A DNA stretch of 63,873 nt, counting the filler, from Octopus bimaculoides (taxonomy: Eukaryota): assembly GCF_001194135.2 (NCBI RefSeq). It is 5 parts of 5 records of this genome, joined end to end, with 100 filler letters (N's around TTAATTAATTAA, not from the genome) between each part and the next. Parts side by side here need not be neighbours in the genome. Positions count along the whole stretch, not along the records: positions 7,051 to 14,508 come from NC_068992.1; positions 14,609 to 34,969 come from NC_068984.1; 3 more parts are not named here. One strand, 5' to 3'. Each line of letters starts with the position of its first letter. Positions within the stretch are counted from its first letter, which is position 1. The notes below the pieces were generated by a model. The model was not told where the DNA came from. It searched no databases and was given only the letters and a program-made list of their open reading frames with translations. Shown here in pieces: positions 11,771 through 23,891 of the stretch. A program made the translations under genes and the position numbers.

Positions 11771-12499
11771 ACACGATATTCGATGTTTTAATAAAATATC
11801 CTCGTTAATGTGGACATAAAGATTGCCTCTTGGTATTAATTATGCTTCTGTCGTTATTAATTATAATACATAAATAGATTCTTCGGCGATAAATAGAAAA
11901 GGCAACAAGAGTAGACACAAATTCTAGGGTCTACTTCATTCATGCTACTTTGTTATTGTCTAAAGATATGTGAGCACACACATGTAGACATATGCACGTA
12001 CGCACGTATTCATTTTTCTTTTAATGAATTCTCTTTATATTTTCTTTTTACATTAGTAGCTTCTTTCCTTTCATATCCAATGATTATAAGTACATTTACA
12101 GCCTACGTGCCTCACTAAACTTTATATAGACATATCGAATGTCACTTGTAAACCCTATTTTAGCAATAAATAGTTGTAGAAAGTTGTTTTTTACTTATAT
12201 CATTGTAGTTATATTGAAATGCTTTTTCTCTATAACCGATTTTTCTACAACAAATAAATAGTGTCCCTTTGTGTTTTATGGAATTTTCCTTCATACACAG
12301 TCTGAAAATCTAATGTTATTCGAAGGCAATTTTTTCTTCCAATCTCTCTCACATATATTTTTGTCTACATTTGTGTTGTTTGACTGAGATTAGGAAATTG
12401 CTCATTTTCTAAAGAAGCATTAAACAAAAAGTTATAAACTTCTTACAACATACCCGAACTGAAATCCGGCACATATCTATTACTGTTAATAGAAACACC

Positions 12500-14003
12500 A
12501 GGTATAGATGGGTGTACAGTGGAAAGCCTAAAAAAAGGAGGGGTGGCAGTGGTTGAATGATTAGTGAGGCTTATGAATGTTTGTTATATAGATGGAAGAG
12601 TACCAAAGGAATGGTGCAGTGCCTGCATAGTGCTCTTGTACAAGGGGAAAGGGGATAAATGTAAGTGTGGAAATTTTAGGGGTATAAGTCTGTTACGTGT
12701 GGTTAGTAAACTGTATGGGAAAATTCTGATTGTAAGGGTGAGAGACCAGACAGAAAATGTACTAGGGGAGGAGCAGTGATGTTTTAAGAGTGGAAGGGGG
12801 TGTGCAGATCAGATATTTGTAGTAAGGTAGATGTATGAGAAGTTTTAGGCAAAAGGGAGGGATGTATATTGGGCTTTTATTGACCTAGAAAATGCATATG
12901 ACCGTGTGGCAGGTGTTGCGGTTGTATGGAGGAGATGGTAGATTGTTGAGAGCTGTACAGAGTTTCTATAGAGAAAGTAGGACATGCGCTAGGGTGGGGG
13001 TGAAGTAAGTGAGTGGTTTAATGTGACGGTGGGGTTACGACAGGGTTGTATGATGTCTACGTAGCTGTTTAATCTATATATGGATGGTGTGGTGAGAGAG
13101 GTGAATGCTAGAACCTTTGGTAGGGGAACCCAAATGGTGGGAGAAAATGGAGAGAAATGACGGGTGAGTCAGTTTTTTGTTGATGATACAGCACTGGTGG
13201 CGGAGTCGGAAGAGCAACTGGGGAGACTGGTGATAGAGTTTCGAAGAGTGTGTGAGAGGAGGAAACTGAAAGTGAATGTAGCTAAGAGTAAGGTGATGAG
13301 ATGTTCGAGATGGAATGGCTGGTAGCATATATATGAGTAAAAATGGTGAGATGTTAAAGAAGGTGCGTGTTTTTAAGTATCTGGGATCACATGTGATGGC
13401 CGATGGGGAGGGTGGCAGAGGAGGTGGAATACAGAGTGAGGGAGGGGAGTAAGATACTTGGAGTTGTGAAAGGTATGCTGAGAGATAAAAGGTTGAGTAT
13501 GAAAGCGAAAGGAGGTGTGTATGAGGACGTGATTGTGCCGACAATGTTATATGATATAGAGACGAAGGGTCTGAGAGAGGCAAAAAGGAGGCGACTAGGT
13601 GTGTTTGAGATGAGATGTTTGAGGGCTATGATTGGTGTGACACGGATGGACAGGATGAGGAATGAGAAGGTGCGAAGGCAAGCAGGGGTGAGAGAAAAAT
13701 CTATATACCAGAATGGATAGAGGAATGTTGCGGAGGCAAGAGAGTTTATTAATGATAGGAAAGCGTGGACGGATGAGTGAATTGATGCTGTTCAATGGGG
13801 TACGGAACCAGCATGACGCAGCGGGGGTAAGCCAGCATGTGCTGCCGGGCACCGCTGCTGATATCGGGTGTTGCTTTCTATGCCTTGACCTGAGCATAGG
13901 ACAGGGCTCGCCTCTTTGAGCTGGAAAATGAATGGAATGCCTTGTGTGTGTCTTGTTGCTACCCTTTCCTATGGGGAATTTAGGCCTTGAAAATAAAAAA
14001 AAA
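12500..14003 (+). mobile_element. 5'-truncated RTE-clade LINE (RT pseudogene, 3' UTR and poly-A)
   Basis: Reads KGKGDKCKCGNFRGISLL, FIDLENAYDRV, GLRQGC, MDGVVREVNAR, FVDD (13176-13187), FKYLG, VPTMLY and FEMRCLR. It ends in aataaaaaaaaaa and has multiple stops and frameshifts. Confidence 0.92.
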
Positions 14004-14782
14004 ATCTATTACTGTGCTAAACGTGATACCTGCATGCTTGATGGTGCTATTTTGGTGGAATCTGTAATTTACTGCAATGAACTTGAGCAAATACTTTGCA
14101 CCAAAGACTTACATTCAACAGGATAATATCAAGATGTGAACCTACAAACACACGCATTACTTTCTTAAACCTCAAGGACACTTTACAACCACTTTATCGA
14201 AGTGCATTTGGTTTCTGTGGGAAATGACTATCCAACCACACACATATTATTGCTTGGTTAATCTTGAATCACACGCCATCAACATGGATGGTTTACGGCT
14301 AAATTCCATTGCCATTTGTGGAGCCCATCACTCTCCATGGCTAGTCTCAGCCGATATGTATGTGTGTGTGTGTGAGAGAGAGAGAAAGAGAGAGAAGCAA
14401 GGAGAAAGGAAAACAGGTCACGAGATAGAGGCAAACACATGTATGTATGTATGTATGTATGTATGTATCTATTTATCTCTAAACACACACACACACACAC
14501 ACAAGATCNNNNNNNNNNNNNNNNNNNNNNNNNNNNNNNNNNNNNNNNNNNNTTAATTAATTAANNNNNNNNNNNNNNNNNNNNNNNNNNNNNNNNNNNN
14601 NNNNNNNNTGTGTATGTATATATGTGTGTATGTATATATGTGTGTATGTATATATGTATGTATGTATATATGTATATGTATATATGTATGTATGTATATG
14701 TATATATATATATAATATATCTATATATGTATGTGTATATATCTATCTATATATATATGTATGTGTATATATATATATATAT

Positions 14783-14784
<2 letters not shown>

Positions 14785-14813
<29 letters not shown>

Positions 14814-15265
14814 GTCCGTTTTCCATGCTGGCATGGGTTGGATGGTTTGACTGTGGTTTGGGAAGCCAGGAGGCTGCACCACGCTTCAGTCTGATCTGGC
14901 GGTGTTTCTAACATCAACCACTCCGAGAGTTTAGCGGGTGCTTTTTATATGCCACTGGCACAGGCCAGAGGTGGCTGGCAATGACCACGATTAGTTGGTG
15001 CTCTTCTGTGCCATTGGCACAGAAGCCAATCAAGGCGGTGCTGGCATTGGCCATGTACGGATGGTGCATTTTATGTGCCACTGGCATGGGGGTCACAACT
15101 ACAGTTTCCATTTGATTTTCATTTTAATGTACTTGACTCAATAGGTCTCCTCAAGCACAGTGTGTCGCCCTACTATCCAAGGTACTTTTGAGTGCACTGA
15201 GGCTGGTTATGCGACACTGGTGTAGGTTACAGCTGTGAACTCACTTTATTTGCTGGGTCTTCGCA
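14785..15265 (-). mobile_element. RTE LINE 3' UTR with (ATC/GAT)n tail
   Basis: (cat)n followed by ..ttccatgctggcatgggttgg..; same family as 20040-20155, 34745-34969 and 43470-43706. Confidence 0.8.
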
Positions 15266-15500
15266 GCATATTTCCATGCATATTGTGTATGTGTTTGTTT
15301 GGCATAAAAAAATGACAAATTAAATGATCATCCCAAAGTACAACAATATATATATAGTAGAATAGGAGGGGTTTAGTTCACTTGTAATTTAAACGAATAG
15401 GTACACTGAGTAAGTGCTATAGTTGGTCATACATTAGATTCCAAGACCACAGCTGAGGCTAGATCTAGTGATCCATATTAGGGTTCCATTATAGCAGGTA

Positions 15501-15673
15501 TGTATTATATTAGAGGAAAAAGTAAAACAAGGCAAAATGAGTAAGGTGAATTTGAAGTCTTACAACAGTTTCTGGGAAAACTTCAAATTCACCTTACCCT
15601 AATTAAATTATTCTAAATGACTTGAGATACTCGTTCTGGCTTGGTTTTGCTTTTTCCTCTAATATAATATACA
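15501..15673. mobile_element. Small MITE-like inverted repeat
   Basis: The ~42-bp arm tgtattatattagaggaaaaagtaaaacaaggcaaaatgagta pairs with the reverse complement of 15628-15673. Confidence 0.55.
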
Positions 15674-17087
15674 TGAAATTAGTTTTTTCATTTTAATGTC
15701 CAGTTTTCCATACTTGCATAAGTCACACAGGTTGTGTTTAGGCAGATTTTCTACAGTTTGATCCTCCTCCCGTTACCAACTCTTACTTGTTTCCAAACTA
15801 GCTAATATTTTCCCCATGGCCAGAAATGTGTTTGAAGATTGGAAATGATGGATATCGCAAGTTTGACAGTGATACCTGTATATGATTATTTTGCAATTAA
15901 TATCCTTAGAAGGATGAACAAACACTCACCCACACACACTCATTTACTCACACACAGACACCATATACATACATATACATATGTAATTATATGTTTACAC
16001 ATATACACCCACACATACATATATGATTTTATCTTTTCCTATATGGTATTTATAGAAACTTAGTCTTATGTCATTGTCAGATGAAGGTCAAGGAAGTGGG
16101 AGTTATAATAACAACGTATTGTTACTCGGAATCATTTGGTGTTTTTTTAATGTTTTTGTGTTTTAATTTTGTTTGTAACTTCCTTTTGTCTTTTTTTTTA
16201 TTTTGCTTTATTCATTGTTTTATTATCTTACTATTCCTTCCCTCTAATAGATGGGTGTGTATTTATACAAATTCAGAGGCATTTGCAGGATTTTTAAACT
16301 CTCCCCTCAGAAGAAAGAGATCTAAATTTGCTCTTTTCCTTGTTGTTTGCTGCCTTTTCAACAGCCATATCTTTAACAAGCCAGCTTGGTGTGTGTGTGT
16401 GTACCAGCACATAGGTATAGCCTACATAGTTGTCCTATTCACATTTCATTGTCATCCAAATTTGATAGTTTCTAGGTAGCCAACCAGCTCTAGTAACAAG
16501 TTGAACATGTTGTTGGGTGTTGTAGGAGTATGTTGTTGTGGGGTGAGCCGATAAAAGATTTTTATACTACTAATGACGTACCCCTTCTGCTAGGTAATCA
16601 TGTATCAGATGTTTTAGAATTTTCTTAAACAGTAATGGCAGGTTCACTTATAGTATAATTAGACTGAAACTTATAACTCTGAGGACAGGCTTTAAATAAT
16701 TGTGCAAGCTGGACAGTTGACTCTACTGTATACATAAATGCTCTCACACATACACACATATACATATTTATATATGTACTTGCTAGCCTAAAATATTTTA
16801 GGAAATAATGATTTGAAATAGTGAGTTTGTGTTACCAGCTATGAGCACATTTGTGCTCACCCATATAAGTAATAATTTTAAATGTGGGTATACACCTTGT
16901 AGTATGCTGCTTAAAGCCCATTCACTGTATTCAGCTATCTGATTTCATCAACTGTATGGATTTAAAGGCCTTTGGATTTACTTCCGGAATTTCTTCATGT
17001 CTGTAGAGTTTATAGCATATGAGAAAAAAAGAAAGCAAATGGAATCTTTGAGATTCTTTAATAATCATTATGATTGTTTTGGCCTGT

Positions 17088-17438
17088 TGTGCATTAGTCC
17101 CTTGCAGGTGAGATGCTGTACAAATATTGTGGTGCATCGTTCAGTGCAGATGTGCCTCATCAGATGATTGGTCTAAAGGTACCTTGTTCTTTAATCTCTC
17201 TTTTGCTTATTTGAATTAGAATTCATTCTGATAGTTATCTGTATCTACTTGCTTGCATGAGAAAACTTGAGTTAAAATGAAGAACACTTCTCTTATAAAA
17301 TGAATTCTAATTGAAATAAGCGGAACAGAAATTAAAGAATGAGGTACCTTTTGACAAGTTACCTAACCAGGCACATCTGCACTGAATGATGCACCATAAC
17401 TATTTGTACAGCGTCTCACTTGTGAGGGTCTGGTGCAT
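17088..17438. repeat. Inverted repeat or fold-back element, ~97-bp arms
   Basis: 17088-17184 pairs with the reverse complement of 17342-17438. A related fragment lies near 5840-5885. Confidence 0.75.
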
Positions 17439-18339
17439 GAGGTGTCAAAATCTTTGTAGTGGTTAATTCAGAATCTTGTGAATTCCATTTTCTTTTTCTT
17501 TCTCTCATGTTATACACACACATATATGTGTGCATGTGCACATGTGTATACATGTGTATATGTACATCTTTTATTCCTTTTCTGGCTTATGAGTTTTTGT
17601 CATTGAACTACAGCCATGCTAGGCTACTGTCAAGGATTTAATTGATCAAATCAGTCCCAGTATTTATGTCAGCTACATATTTTATTGATGTCTATTTGTC
17701 AAACCATTAAGATATGGGGCATAAAGGGGCACAACATAAATATAATACACATACACATATACATACACACATGCATATATATGTAGGTAGATAGATATAC
17801 ACACACACATGCACACACACACACATGCACACACACACACATATACAGTAGGTACCTGCACACTTTCCATTTCCCAAATTGTACTCGCATAATGCTGACT
17901 ATAAATACAGGATTCTTACTTAAGTGCCAAGTTACAGCACTTGTAACTATTTAACTGAATAATTTATGTTACCTCCCCTTATATAATATGAAGTTCATAG
18001 GTTATTTCAGAGCCATTGAACTGCTTGTTGTATGGTTATTCCACTCCTGTCTACCTTAGTTTAATATTAAAGTACAATTTAACGTTTGTAACTTAGGATA
18101 TCCTACAATATAAACAGTAATTTTCTGTAATGTAAACCTATAAATCGAACAAAATGTATCAAAATAATGAAGCCGAATTGCAAACTATTAATTACATGTA
18201 CATGAAGGGCAAATTAATCATATGATGTGGCCTCTAACAATCTTAAAATTTAGTCTTTCTAAGTAAATATCTGAATAAAGCAATTATACAAATCAAAGAG
18301 TAAATATAACAGATTGCATTAATATATTATATTTCAATG

Positions 18340-19480
18340 TCAACTTTTCCTCTTGTCTCCTTTGGTCTTTCTTTCCTGAAAGTACTGTCTACTTGAATCA
18401 CTTGACACCTCTGTACTCGGCTGTCATCCTCTATATTCATTGCATGTCTGTATTTAGCATATTCGCCTCTCTTGTACATTATATCTGTTTTCTCTTATAT
18501 CAAGTTTTCCTCTCAACTCATTTGTGCTTTGCTGTTTATTCATACTAATGAAACACCCACTGGAGCATGCTTACCTCATTTCTTTTCAGTCTTCACTGAT
18601 CTCTTGCATTCAGTGTCCATGTTTTCCTACCTTGTAAAATCTGCCCTTCATTCATAGAGATAATGTTGTGAATTGAGGTAATAACTATTTGAATACTTCC
18701 ACTCCATTCTTACATTGAACATAAATCTCCATTGTGGATTAGGATACTTTTAGGTAATAGAAGCTACCAACTTTTCATGAGTATCCTTTCTTTTAAGTAC
18801 TTTAATGCCTCTGCTACAGAAAATCTTTTATCTCTGTTAGCCAGCTTTTGATCCCACTACATTTCTTATTTACTTTCAGTACACTGTATAGGATTCTTAC
18901 CTGTTCTTTTTCTACATATCAAGCATGGTTACTTCATAACAATAGTATTTTCTTTTCTTTTCTGCTGATGAAAAGTTTTGCCCTCTTCAGGTTTATTTTG
19001 AAGCCTTTGCTTCTATGTTTAGAATTCCTTCTTTAATTATTTAGCCTATGAGGACTAGATCATTGAGTTTAACACTGGCTGTTTGTTTCCATAGATAGCA
19101 ATCTTAAACTCCTTTGTTGTGGCCTGGAGAGCTGTAATACATAGAAGGGATCTAAGAACTAAACTGTAATAGACACTAACCAATATATGAAATTCCTTGG
19201 TGTTGGTTCACATTTTGTTGACTGCATCTTAGTTCATGCCATGCATTTTTCTAAGAAGCCATTCATGTATACCTAATTAGTAATCATGAGACTTTAGAGC
19301 ATAAAAATCCTTTGAGAGTCCTTATCCAGGACAACAAATGTTCTTTGTAAAGAACTTTTATAATTGCCTCACTCAAAAGAACATATTGGTGCTCTTCCTT
19401 AATTGCCTTCTTCTGTTGTGCTATAAGTATTTTTGTTACTTTCATAATTTGATCTCTCTTTCTGGTCGCTTCTTTGCAGA
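18340..19480 (-). mobile_element. Highly degraded RTE LINE ORF2 (RT to C-terminus)
   Basis: Minus-strand remnants of the RT domain and the EVSMLQW.. C-terminal motif, with many stops and CpG decay. Confidence 0.65.
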
Positions 19481-19760
19481 GAAAATGGGCATATTTGAGT
19501 CTATAAATATTTTACTTAAACACCTGCATGTACACACACACACACTTAGGCAAGACATTCTTATATATCATCATCATTTAGCATCCACTCCTTTATACTG
19601 GCATGAGTTGAATGGTTCAATAGGATCCAACAAGTTGGAGGATTGCATCATGCTCCAATGTCTGTTTTGGCAAGTGGATGCCTTTCCTAATGCCAACTGT
19701 TTTACAGGGTGTACTTCATTTTTTTTTTTTTTTCATGGCACCAGCAACTTAAAGGATTAA

Positions 19761-19854
19761 CCCTTTTGATACAACCCACCTAAATTCTTTGTTATATTTA
19801 AAATTAACTGAAAGAGACACAGCGCATCTCAACAGAAATATGGTATCAAAAGGA
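19761..19854. mobile_element. piggyBac-type MITE
   Basis: TTAA|cccttttgatac...gtatcaaaagga|TTAA. Confidence 0.75.
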
Positions 19855-20039
19855 TTAACAAGCTTAAAGGAGCTCTTATAACTGATAGAGAGAGTTGTGA
19901 TTCTATACAAAATGGTGAGAGTATGATGAGATGAACAAATTTAGAGGTGTGAAAGTATGTTAGTAGAGAGAGTAACAGAGTAGATACTTAGGGGTGAGGT
20001 GTGGATGAAATAAAGGAAATGGATGGAATTGATATCAAG

Positions 20040-20155
20040 GTAATTTGACTGAGGACTGGTGAACCTGGTGTAACCACCTGGTTCACCAGTCCTCAGTCAA
20101 ATCGTCCAACCCATGCTAGCATGGAAAGCGGACGTTAAACGATGATGATGATGTA
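20040..20155 (+). mobile_element. RTE LINE 3' end with (GAT)n tail
   Basis: ccaacccatgctagcatggaaagcggacgttaaacgatgatgatgatg. Confidence 0.8.
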
Positions 20156-20159
20156 ATAT

Positions 20160-20625
20160 CTCCTTGAACTTGTGCCAACTCCTTTTAATCTAGCTACTGT
20201 ACTTTCTGAACACTTACTCCCTCTGGTGCTACTTAGGTCATCTAGGTAACAAAATCTATCAACTATTCCAGGGGACGAAAGCTACAAACCATTCAAGGAA
20301 CCATCCAGGTATTTGAAGGAATCTATTTCCCAAATAATCTGTATGTTCATTGCCTTAGTGCACTTACTGTGTATGAAATCTACCTTCTGTTAACTTGCAT
20401 ATGATCCTTCTACACTTTTTCTGTATCAATTGTTTACACTGGAAACACTATACAGAATGTGTACCAAGTCCTTTTTGATATATGAACTCAGTAATTTCCC
20501 CAAAATTTTGTTTTTGCAATATTTTCTTTAAGGCTCTTCAATTCCAGGTTTTGCTTCCGTATCTACAATTTCTGCTCCAAACCTTCTCAAGATTCTGCTG
20601 TGTGAGCTAAGTCATCAGCAACTGC
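20160..20625 (-). mobile_element. Degraded RTE LINE ORF2 fragment (RT 3' part and Cys-rich insert)
   Basis: Minus reads VADDLAHTAES..EGLEQKL..NLELKSLKENIAKTK, followed by a decayed Cys-rich segment. Confidence 0.7.
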
Positions 20626-20633
20626 CACAATGT

Positions 20634-20672
<39 letters not shown>

Positions 20673-20752
20673 GAATTATTCTTACAATTACGTGTATATT
20701 ATTCATGATGAAACATTCTATATATTCCTCCTCTTTTCTAATCACTGCTAAG

Positions 20753-20783
20753 ATGACTTGTTTGCAAATCCAGTCCCAGCTAG
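20753..20783 (+). CDS. Weak candidate 31-nt exon (DLFANPVPA)
   Basis: Pyrimidine tract and ctaat branch-like motif before ag|, with a |gtagga donor. Two frames are open, and there is no homology support. Confidence 0.2.
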
Positions 20784-22500
20784 GTAGGACATTATATATG
20801 AAACATCAAACAATTACACAAAATCTGTTTGCATATTGTATTCCGTACACAAATAAATCCATAATTTTTAAGCATACTACACTAGTGTGTGTCTGTGTGT
20901 ATATCATTTTGTTCCTGATTCACATTCCTGATTAAATTATATACCAACACTCATTAAAGCCAGCTACTACTATAAATTGTATGGTAAAATGTCTTTCCAG
21001 TGGTAGCTGACAAAATGAGTAGTCATTGAAACATTCCAACATCTCATGAAGTAACTTCTGGTAGATATTCCATATGTGCTTCCTGTGGTTTATTTAAATG
21101 TTCATCTAGTAAATAAGCAGGACAATTAAAAAAATATGATATGGTATTATTAGGATGACATCTGTAGAGAAAAGAAATGTGTGCAAAGAGCAACAATGGT
21201 GAAAAAGAAAGAGTAAAATGAAAGAAAAATATATGCTGCCGGAAAGCCATATATTGCCTATTTTAGTACTATTTCGGTATTGGCAACAGTGCATTTTGGT
21301 TCTTCATTTTTAATTTTCATTTTTTCCCCTCCTCTATTCTCATGTTCTCTTTCTTTCTCCATTGTTTCTCTTGTTGATGGACTGCAGTCCAAAACGTTGA
21401 AAGCATTTCTATTCTTTCCAAACATGGACCTTATGTCATATTTTTCCTGTGTTTTATTGTCCTTGGATTGCTTATTTACTGTTTGAGTACACCCTAAGTG
21501 CTGCTTTAAATAATTTAAGCTATCCAATAAAGACGCTCATTTAATTGCTAATCATGTGAAACAGGATTCTGTATTCTTCTGAAGGAAGCAAATAGAACAA
21601 AGGTTTAACACTGCTGGAATGCCAAATATATTGATTATTTATCTAACATTCAGGAAACAGTTAAATAATCTAACTAAATGGAGCATATTAATAATATTAT
21701 GCAAAAACTAACAACTTCCCAGTAGAGTGCAAGTTCCCAACCACTCAGAATAAAAACATTGGTTCTATGCTTCTCTGTTTACTTTTTATCTTTTACTTGT
21801 TTCAGTCATTTGACTGCAGCCATGCTGGGGCATTGTTTTGAAGGGTTTTAGTCAAAGAAATTGATCCTAAAACTTTTTTTAAGCCTAGTACTTATTTTAT
21901 TAATTTCTTTTGCTGAACCATGAAGTTATAGGGGCATAAACACGCCAACAGTGGTTATCAAGCAGTGGTGGGAGACACACACACACACACACACACAATA
22001 ATAAAAGCAAAATTCTGTCTGTCCATCTGGGATCTTTGTATTTCAGTCTATTTTTGCTCTACATAGACATATACCTTTTTGGAATCAGGATGATCCCATG
22101 ATTGAAAATCTGCCCTTCATTTAGTTCTTGAACATCAAGCATTTGGATTTGATTTAAAAGCATTTGGATTGCTATGTCTAGCAGGTAAAGCTTGGCTGAT
22201 TCATGCCATCTTAGTTGTCAGATGACATCAGAGATGAAGGGAGAGATAAATGACATTCGCTTTGTTAATTTTACATCAGGAATTTTGAGACAAATTGGCC
22301 GACAGTTGGAATTCAAAGTGGGACTAGAACAATAGAATGATTGCATTACAGAATTAATTTTCATATGTCTTTAACCTCTGATCAAACAGCACTTGGGGCT
22401 TATAGTCATGCTATTTAGCTCTCTTTAGTTTTGGACTGCAAGCCCAGTTAGCCCTCCGCAGGAGCTAACTTAAAAGTTTGTACAAAGTGTGGCTTTTAAG

Positions 22501-22535
<35 letters not shown>

Positions 22536-22646
22536 CTATGATAATAATATTAGGAATAAAAATCCAAATTTACAGGTTAAAAATCCATTTTATTTTAATT
22601 TTTCAAAATTAAAATTAAATTAAATTTCACAATATATAATATATAA

Positions 22647-22898
22647 ATATAATTTAGAGAAAAAAACCACAATTATTGAATTCATCCATGAAAATCCACA
22701 GTCACATATAGAAAAATTTAATAAGTAAATACACTAAAAAGACCTATAATAAAAGTACAAAGTAATAAATATTGAAATAATATTATTTTAATTTTTATTA
22801 CAAGTCTTTTTAGTGTATTTACTTATTAAATTTTTCTATATATGACTGGATTTTCAACGATGAATTCAATAATTGTAGTTTTTTTCTTTAAATTATAT
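22647..22898. repeat. Near-perfect AT-rich palindrome (~107-bp arms, ~38-nt loop) next to a PLE-like terminal repeat
   Basis: 22647-22754 pairs with the reverse complement of 22793-22898 with few mismatches. Confidence 0.85.
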
Positions 22899-23049
22899 AT
22901 CTAACAAAACTGTCCGCTGAACGGGAACGTGAAACTCCGAGTAACAGTTTTTTGTTATATTTCTGCTGCTTTTAAATAAAGCATATTACTCTACCTCTGG
23001 TATTTGAGTACTCTCTTTTCCACCTTGTTGCACATTTATGTGCTTACTC
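22899..23049 (+). repeat. PLE-like terminal repeat with an internally deleted hammerhead-like motif
   Basis: Same sequence as 8214-8280. Stem I aaaactgt/acagtttt, GAAA, CT-ccg-AG and a GTA triplet are present, but CTGANGA is absent. Confidence 0.55.
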
Positions 23050-23092
23050 NNNNNNNNNNNNNNNNNNNNNNNNNNNNNNNNNNNNNNNNNNN

Positions 23093-23164
<72 letters not shown>

Positions 23165-23545
23165 TCTTTTACTTGTTTCGGTCATTTGACTGCAGCCGTG
23201 CTGGAGTACCACCTTAAAGTGTTTTAGTCGAACAAATTGACCCCAAATACTTATTCTATTGGCATCTTTTGCTGAACCACTAAATTACAAGGACATAAGC
23301 ACACCAACACTGGTTGTCAAGTGGTGATGAGGAGGACAAATACAGATGTGAAGACATCCACATTGATATATACATATATATACGACGGTCTTCTTTCAGT
23401 TTTCATCTACCAAATCCACTCAAGGCTTTGGTCAGCCTGAGGCTATAATTACAGACACTTGCCTGAGGTGCCATACAATGGGACTGAACCTAGAACCATG
23501 TGGTTTGGAAGCAAGCTTCTTACCAGACACCCATGCCTGCACCTA
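23165..23545 (-). mobile_element. SINE family A, full length, CpG-decayed
   Basis: Reverse complement of 50610-51035 with many CpG to TpG/CpA changes. Confidence 0.85.
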
Positions 23546-23791
23546 TAAGAATAGGTTGTTCTGAAGTAGAGAGCAATGCCCATACATGTTAGAAAGATCA
23601 GATTATCTCTTCAGTCTTTGTCAAGGGAAATGCTAACCATCTAACATTTTTGTAATAAGGGCTAGGTATTGGTATACAAGATCTCTAGACTGTGTTCTCA
23701 ACAAGATCTACTGATATATAACTAGTTACTTCAAGTCTACAAACATTAATAATCATTAATTTTTGGCTAACCTCACTCTAATTGATATCAG

Positions 23792-23891
23792 TGAGAGATG
23801 TTGCTGGCAAAGATGCAAATCAAAAGCAGCTATTTGTTGAAAGGCATCCATCCATTACGTGGATGTCAACAAATACAAAAATTAAAATTGA
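23792..23891 (+). CDS. Candidate 100-nt exon (RDVAGKDANQKQLFVERHPSITWMSTNTKIKI)
   Basis: gctaac branch-like motif and atcag| acceptor, an open frame with ordinary composition, and a |gtaaag donor. No homology recognised. Confidence 0.3.

Noticed and set aside
16081-16420. Possible exons at 16081 and 16251 (DEGQGSGSYNNN.., LPSEERDLNLLFSLL..)
   Set aside because: The frames conflict or contain stops and the donors are weak, so no consistent model could be built without RNA data.
16931-17060. Exon-like minus segment (HEEIPEVNPKAF..) and an overlapping plus open frame
   Set aside because: The acceptor tract and the acatgaagaaattccggaag motif look like a decayed PLE-type repeat, and the plus frame has no usable acceptor.
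21044-21170. Minus-strand exon candidate (CHPNNTISYFFNCPAYLLDEHL..)
   Set aside because: It shares sequence in inverted orientation with 21430-21480, so it is probably repeat-derived.
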